This document shows, one piece after another, positions 59,359 to 64,000 of a stretch of 64,000 bases of DNA. Source of the DNA: Planctomycetota bacterium (lineage in GTDB: Bacteria; Planctomycetota; B15-G4; JADJEK01); assembly GCA_044225365.1 (NCBI GenBank), contig JBGAIQ010000004.1:160001-224000 (forward strand), given 5' to 3'. Both the position numbers and the translations under genes were made by a program. The notes under the pieces were generated by a model. The model worked only from the letters and a program-made list of their open reading frames with translations. It was not told where the DNA came from and searched no databases. The stretch's first letter is position 1. Each line of letters opens with the position of its first letter.

Positions 59359-59398
59359 AAGAGCGGCCTTCACCTGCGGGTGCGGCCGCTCTTTCGTT
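59359..59398 (+). terminator. Terminator hairpin after the helicase-desaturase operon
   Basis: Stem AAGAGCGGCC / GGCCGCTCTT with inner CACC/GGTG pairing, followed by TCGTT. Confidence 0.6.
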
Positions 59399-59544
59399 GC
59401 ATCGCACGCTCGCTCGAGAATCCCGCGAGAAGCGTGGCGGGTTCCGAACTCGCTTTCCGACCCTTTCTCCTGAACCCGAATCGCGCGATCCCGATGCGGC
59501 ACGTCGCCGCCGAGGGATCTCGCACCTCGAACAGGAGAAACGTC

Positions 59545-61653
59545 ATGTCCCGCCTCCAGAGTCGCCTCGCGCTTTCCTTCGCCGCCTGCCTCCTCGGTGC
59601 CTCGCACGCGCTTGCGACCGACGACGACGCGAACGACGCCCAAACCGCCTGGGTCTGGTATCACGATCAGACACCTTCGCAGATCACGGCCCTCATCCAA
59701 CAGGGTTATCGCGTCACGAATATCGAAGTCGACTCCGCATCCCCCGCGCTGTTCACCGTCGCGATGGTGAAGAACTCCGGTTCGTACGCGAAGACCTTCT
59801 GGTGGTACTACGGACAGGACTCCGCGACGATCGCCACCGAGCTCGCCCAGAACAGCGCGCGCCTGATCGATCTCGAACCGTACAACCTGAACGGTCAGGT
59901 GCGTTTCGCCGCCGTCATGGTGAAGAACACCGGCGCCGACGCAAAGAACTGGTGGTGGGTCGCGAGCTCGAATCTGAACGATGTCTCGACGACACTGACG
60001 CAGAACGGCGCGCGTCTCACCAAGCTCGATGAAGTCACGATCGGCGCGAACACCTACTACGCCGCGATCATGATCCAGAACTCGGGCGCCGACGCGAAGA
60101 GTTGGTGGTGGTACCACGGCGTCGACGGCTCGTTCGTCGCGACGCAGCTCGGTGCGACCGGCGCCCGTCTGCTCGATCTCGCGCGGCGGTCGGATGGACT
60201 CTTCGACGTCGTCCTCGCGCAGAACGACGAAGGCTTCCATTGGTGGTGGTACTACGGCCTCGACGAGGCCGCGCTGAATGCGGAAATGGCCCAGACCGGC
60301 TCACGGGCCCTCTGCGTCCAGAAGTCGAATTCGTTCCTCGGTGCGACCTACTCCGCCGTGCTCATCAACGACTCGAACGCGCTGACCACGACGGTCGGCG
60401 ACATCTTGCGCACCGGCACCGATGGCGTTTCGGGCCTCTACCTCAAGGAGATCAACGGTCCCGTCCTCGCGAGCCTCGAGGAGCAATACGTCTTCGAGCC
60501 CGCGAGCACTTTGAAGACGCTCGTCCATGCCCATGCGATGAAGCAAGTCGCGCTCGGCACGGTCTCGCTGAACCAGCCGATCCTCGTCGACACGGGGCTC
60601 ACCGGTTCGTGTCCGAACGGCACGCAGCCCGTCATCGAGTCCCTGCAGGTCGTCCTCACCAAGATGATGCAGAACTCCGACAATGCCCGCACCAAAGCGG
60701 CCGTCGACTTCTTCGGGCAAGCGAACATCAACGCCACCGCGGTCGCGCTCGGCATGACCCACTCGCAGATCAACCATGTATTCGGATGCGGCGGTCCGAT
60801 TCCGAATCAGCTCACACTCGTCGACGGCGACGCGCTTCACGAGGCCGTCGCGAATGGATTCCTGGGCGCACAGAAGCAGACGTTCCACGACATCATGCTG
60901 TCGAGCGTCCCGGGATATGCGGGCGGCCTCCTCGGACAGGTGATCGATCAGGAAGCCGCGGCGATCGGCGTCAGCAACGCGATGAAGGCGCAGTTCATCA
61001 CGCTCGCCGAGATGGCGTACAAGGGCGGCAGCTACACGATCTTCCCGGGTCCGAAGGAATACCGATCGGTCCTCTCGTACGTCGATCTCCCCTTCCTCGC
61101 GCAGTTCTTCGGAAACACCGTGGTCACGCATCATCAGTACGTCACCGGGATCTTCGTCCACGCGGCTTCGAACGGCTTGACGGTCGACGGCGTCGTCAAT
61201 CACGCCGCATCGGAGCTGCTGCGCGATGAGATCCATGCGGCACTCCTCACCTGGAAGTCGAACTGCGTCGCGTTCAATGCGTCCTACGGTTCGGGCAAGG
61301 CGGGAACCAAGGGCGTGCCGACTCTCACGTCGAGCCAGCTCCCGAGCCTCGGCGCGACGTCGAGCATCACGCTCGGCAACGGCAAACCCGGAGCCGCACC
61401 GCTGCTCTTCGTCGGCTTGAACAGTTCGAACCAGAGCTTCGACGGCGGCAAGTTGCTGGTCCAGCCGCAACTCATCCTGACGCTCCCCGTGATTCCCCAG
61501 AATGGAACGCTCTCGATCGCGGGCACGCTGCCGGCGGATCCGACGCTCTGTGGCGTCACGATCTATCACCAGATGATGTTCGCCGACGCGGGCGCGTCCG
61601 GCCCGTATCACACGGCGCAGACCGCGGGTCTCGCGCGCACGCTCGGCAACTGA
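59545..61653 (+). CDS. Secreted serine hydrolase (class A beta-lactamase fold) with Trp-rich tandem repeats and C-terminal domain
   Basis: AGGAG SD, signal peptide; about 5 repeats of about 50 aa containing WWYYG-type motifs; SxxK (ASTLK), SDN, KGG. Confidence 0.85.
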   Translation: MSRLQSRLALSFAACLLGASHALATDDDANDAQTAWVWYHDQTPSQITALIQQGYRVTNIEVDSASPALFTVAMVKNSGSYAKTFWWYYGQDSATIATELAQNSARLIDLEPYNLNGQVRFAAVMVKNTGADAKNWWWVASSNLNDVSTTLTQNGARLTKLDEVTIGANTYYAAIMIQNSGADAKSWWWYHGVDGSFVATQLGATGARLLDLARRSDGLFDVVLAQNDEGFHWWWYYGLDEAALNAEMAQTGSRALCVQKSNSFLGATYSAVLINDSNALTTTVGDILRTGTDGVSGLYLKEINGPVLASLEEQYVFEPASTLKTLVHAHAMKQVALGTVSLNQPILVDTGLTGSCPNGTQPVIESLQVVLTKMMQNSDNARTKAAVDFFGQANINATAVALGMTHSQINHVFGCGGPIPNQLTLVDGDALHEAVANGFLGAQKQTFHDIMLSSVPGYAGGLLGQVIDQEAAAIGVSNAMKAQFITLAEMAYKGGSYTIFPGPKEYRSVLSYVDLPFLAQFFGNTVVTHHQYVTGIFVHAASNGLTVDGVVNHAASELLRDEIHAALLTWKSNCVAFNASYGSGKAGTKGVPTLTSSQLPSLGATSSITLGNGKPGAAPLLFVGLNSSNQSFDGGKLLVQPQLILTLPVIPQNGTLSIAGTLPADPTLCGVTIYHQMMFADAGASGPYHTAQTAGLARTLGN

Positions 61654-61677
61654 GTCTCGAAGTCCTCGAAGTGTGTT

Positions 61678-61712
61678 CGTCGAGATCGGCGCGACCCGTG
61701 CCGATCTCGACG
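61678..61712 (+). terminator. Hairpin downstream of the serine hydrolase gene
   Basis: CGTCGAGATCGGC-N9-GCCGATCTCGACG. Confidence 0.5.
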
Positions 61713-61810
61713 TTCGCGTAGTCCATGCGTCGAGGTGGCCAACCGTGTTAAGTTCGAATGCTGGCCCAGCGCCGGAAACGACGCGATTCGAGGGCCGTCG
61801 GAGACGATGC

Positions 61811-64000
61811 GTGCCTGCCGACTGGAAGACCCCATCCCCGATCGCCGTTCGAGTCCTGCTCGATTTCCTTGCGGCGCAGAATCGCAAGGGCGGCGGAAGC
61901 GACTCGCTCGACCAGTTGTGCGTGCAGCACCCCGAGCAAGCCGCCGAATTGCGCATGCTCTACGCCGAATGGGGATCGATCGAAACGATCGAGGATTCGA
62001 ACGTCGCCGAGTCCATCGTCGCCCGCCTCGCTCGCGATCTCGGCCAGGACATCGATCCTCAGATCGCGCTGCGCGACGGGGAGACCGCGAAGACGACGGA
62101 CTCGAGCAGCGAGGACGAGAAGGGCGAGAGCGGAAGGATCCCCCGACAGCTCGTGGCTCGCGGTGGAATGGCGACGATCTACCGCATCCAGGATCCCGAA
62201 CTGCGCCGCGATCTCGCGATGAAGATCGCTCATCCCGCAGTGCGCAAGACGGCCCGACTCCTCGCGCGCTTCCTCGAGGAAGCGCAGATCACCGCGCAGC
62301 TCGACCATCCCGGCATCGTTCCGGTGCACCAACTGGGAATGGACGACGACGGCAGCGTGTACTTCACGATGAAGCTGGTGCGCGGCCGCACCCTGCAGGA
62401 AGTGCTCGATCTCGTCGAACGCGGCGATTCCGAGTGGACGCGGACGCGAGCGCTCGGCGTGCTCCTCCGCGTCTGCGAAGCGGTCGCCTTCGCTCACAGC
62501 AAGGGCGTCATCCATCGCGACCTCAAACCGACGAACGTCATGGTCGGTCGCTTCGGCGAGACGTACGTCATGGACTGGGGTCTCGCGCGCGTGATCGGAC
62601 GCGAGGACTCTCACGACGTTCGCCTGGATCTGACGGGCGCATCGCAAACCCGCATCGTGACCGTCCGATTCCCCGGAGAAGGAACGCCGGTCGATTCGCC
62701 TCTCCACACTCTCGACGGCGACGTCGTCGGCACGCCGATCTACATGTCGCCGGAACAGGCTCGGGGGGCGCTCGAAGAGATCGGCCCCGCCTCCGATGTC
62801 TATTCCGCGGGAGCGATCCTCTACCAACTCCTCGCAGGGTCGGCGCCGTTCGTGAAGAAAGGAGAGTCCCTGTCGGCCCGCGGCGCATGGAGCCGCGTCC
62901 TCGAAGGTCCCCCCGAACCGCTCTCGACGCTCGCTCGCGAGATCCCTCCGGAACTCGTCTCGATCTGCGAGAAGTCGATGGCCCGCAAGATCACGGATCG
63001 ATACCGCGACATGTCGGAGATGGCGAGCGATCTGCGTGCGTTCCTCGAGAACCGAGTCGTCAAGGCGTATGCGAGGGGTCCGATGGCCGAACTACGGAAA
63101 TGGGTGACCCGCAATCGCGGAGTCGCAGCGTCGATCGCCTCCGCCGTCGCCGTCGTGATCGCGGCCGGCGGCTACGTCGTACACATCGAAACCCGGGCGA
63201 ACACGCGATCCGAGGCTTTGTTGCCCGGCCACGTCCGAACCGAGCTGAACCGCCTCGCGATCGAGGCCGCGGCGCTGTGGCCCGCCGTTCCGGAGAAGCT
63301 CCCGTCGATCGATCGATGGCTGCGGGACGCACAAGAGCTCGCGCCGTCGATCGAGGCGTTGAAGCGCCAGCTCGAAGGCCTCGAAACCCACGGCGAGGCG
63401 GACGCGAGCGGAACCGAAGGATCGAGCGATCGAATCGCGCTGCAGAGCGAGCTCGACGCCGTCGACGAGTCGCATACGTTGATCGAGAGCGCTCTCGGAT
63501 CGATCGACGGAATGGCGTCGGAGGGAGAGAGGTCCGCGGAGGTACGCCTGTTGACGGAGGAGAAGCGCCGACTCGAGGCGCGCGGCAGGAGCCTCCTCTC
63601 CAGGATCCAACGCACGCCGTTCCGCTTCTCCGAATGGCGGGATGCGACGCAGTACGCCGCACTCGTCCCCGTTCTCGACGAAGCGGAACGCTTCCACGAT
63701 CCCGATCCGATGATCGGAACCGTCGCCTCGATCGCAGCGAGGCGCGTCTTCGCGTCGAATCTCGCGAAGCGCTCGCTCGAAGATCGACACGAGGAATGGA
63801 AGGAGGCGATCGAGGCGATCGCGGATCCGTCGCACTGCCCCGCCTACCATGGTCTCAAGATCCACGCGCAGCTCGGGCTCGTTCCGCTCGGACGCGATCG
63901 TGAGTCCGGGCTGTACGAGTTCGCCGCGCTCTCCAGCGGTGAGATCCCGTCGCGCGACTCGAACGGTCGACTCGTCGCAACTGCCGACTCCGCGATCGTG
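61811..64000 (+). CDS. Ser/Thr protein kinase, paralog of 3920..6928 (partial, runs off the right edge)
   Basis: Manual translation from GTG 61811 (GGAG, 7 nt): RGGMATIY, AMK, HRDLKPTN, DWGLA, GTPIYMSPE, TM segment, and LVPLGRDRESGLYEF at the window end. Confidence 0.9.
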   Translation, partial: MPADWKTPSPIAVRVLLDFLAAQNRKGGGSDSLDQLCVQHPEQAAELRMLYAEWGSIETIEDSNVAESIVARLARDLGQDIDPQIALRDGETAKTTDSSSEDEKGESGRIPRQLVARGGMATIYRIQDPELRRDLAMKIAHPAVRKTARLLARFLEEAQITAQLDHPGIVPVHQLGMDDDGSVYFTMKLVRGRTLQEVLDLVERGDSEWTRTRALGVLLRVCEAVAFAHSKGVIHRDLKPTNVMVGRFGETYVMDWGLARVIGREDSHDVRLDLTGASQTRIVTVRFPGEGTPVDSPLHTLDGDVVGTPIYMSPEQARGALEEIGPASDVYSAGAILYQLLAGSAPFVKKGESLSARGAWSRVLEGPPEPLSTLAREIPPELVSICEKSMARKITDRYRDMSEMASDLRAFLENRVVKAYARGPMAELRKWVTRNRGVAASIASAVAVVIAAGGYVVHIETRANTRSEALLPGHVRTELNRLAIEAAALWPAVPEKLPSIDRWLRDAQELAPSIEALKRQLEGLETHGEADASGTEGSSDRIALQSELDAVDESHTLIESALGSIDGMASEGERSAEVRLLTEEKRRLEARGRSLLSRIQRTPFRFSEWRDATQYAALVPVLDEAERFHDPDPMIGTVASIAARRVFASNLAKRSLEDRHEEWKEAIEAIADPSHCPAYHGLKIHAQLGLVPLGRDRESGLYEFAALSSGEIPSRDSNGRLVATADSAIV

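Overview
GC-rich bacterial chromosomal segment. The gene content (PSD1/planctomycete cytochrome c plus DUF1501 pair, ECF sigma with large C-terminal extension, Ser/Thr kinase-FGE fusions, secreted HEAT-repeat protein) suggests Planctomycetota; this is inference. About 44 densely packed CDSs are present: housekeeping genes (queF, murJ, thiE, groES-groEL, RlmI-like methyltransferase), signalling genes (two paralogous kinases, two ECF sigmas, BlaI/BlaR1 with a palindromic operator) and many secreted proteins, several with CxxCH motifs. I found no rRNA, tRNA, CRISPR array or mobile element. Most long ORFs in the track are antisense or off-frame shadows. The most striking observation is a two-gene DEAD-box helicase plus fatty-acid desaturase operon (56814-59335). 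Neither gene has an in-frame ATG/GTG/TTG upstream of essential motifs, and both have a CTG exactly 7 nt after a Shine-Dalgarno sequence, which suggests translational control of a cold-adaptation-type operon through non-canonical start codons. All product calls come from motif recognition by eye; no database searches were run.
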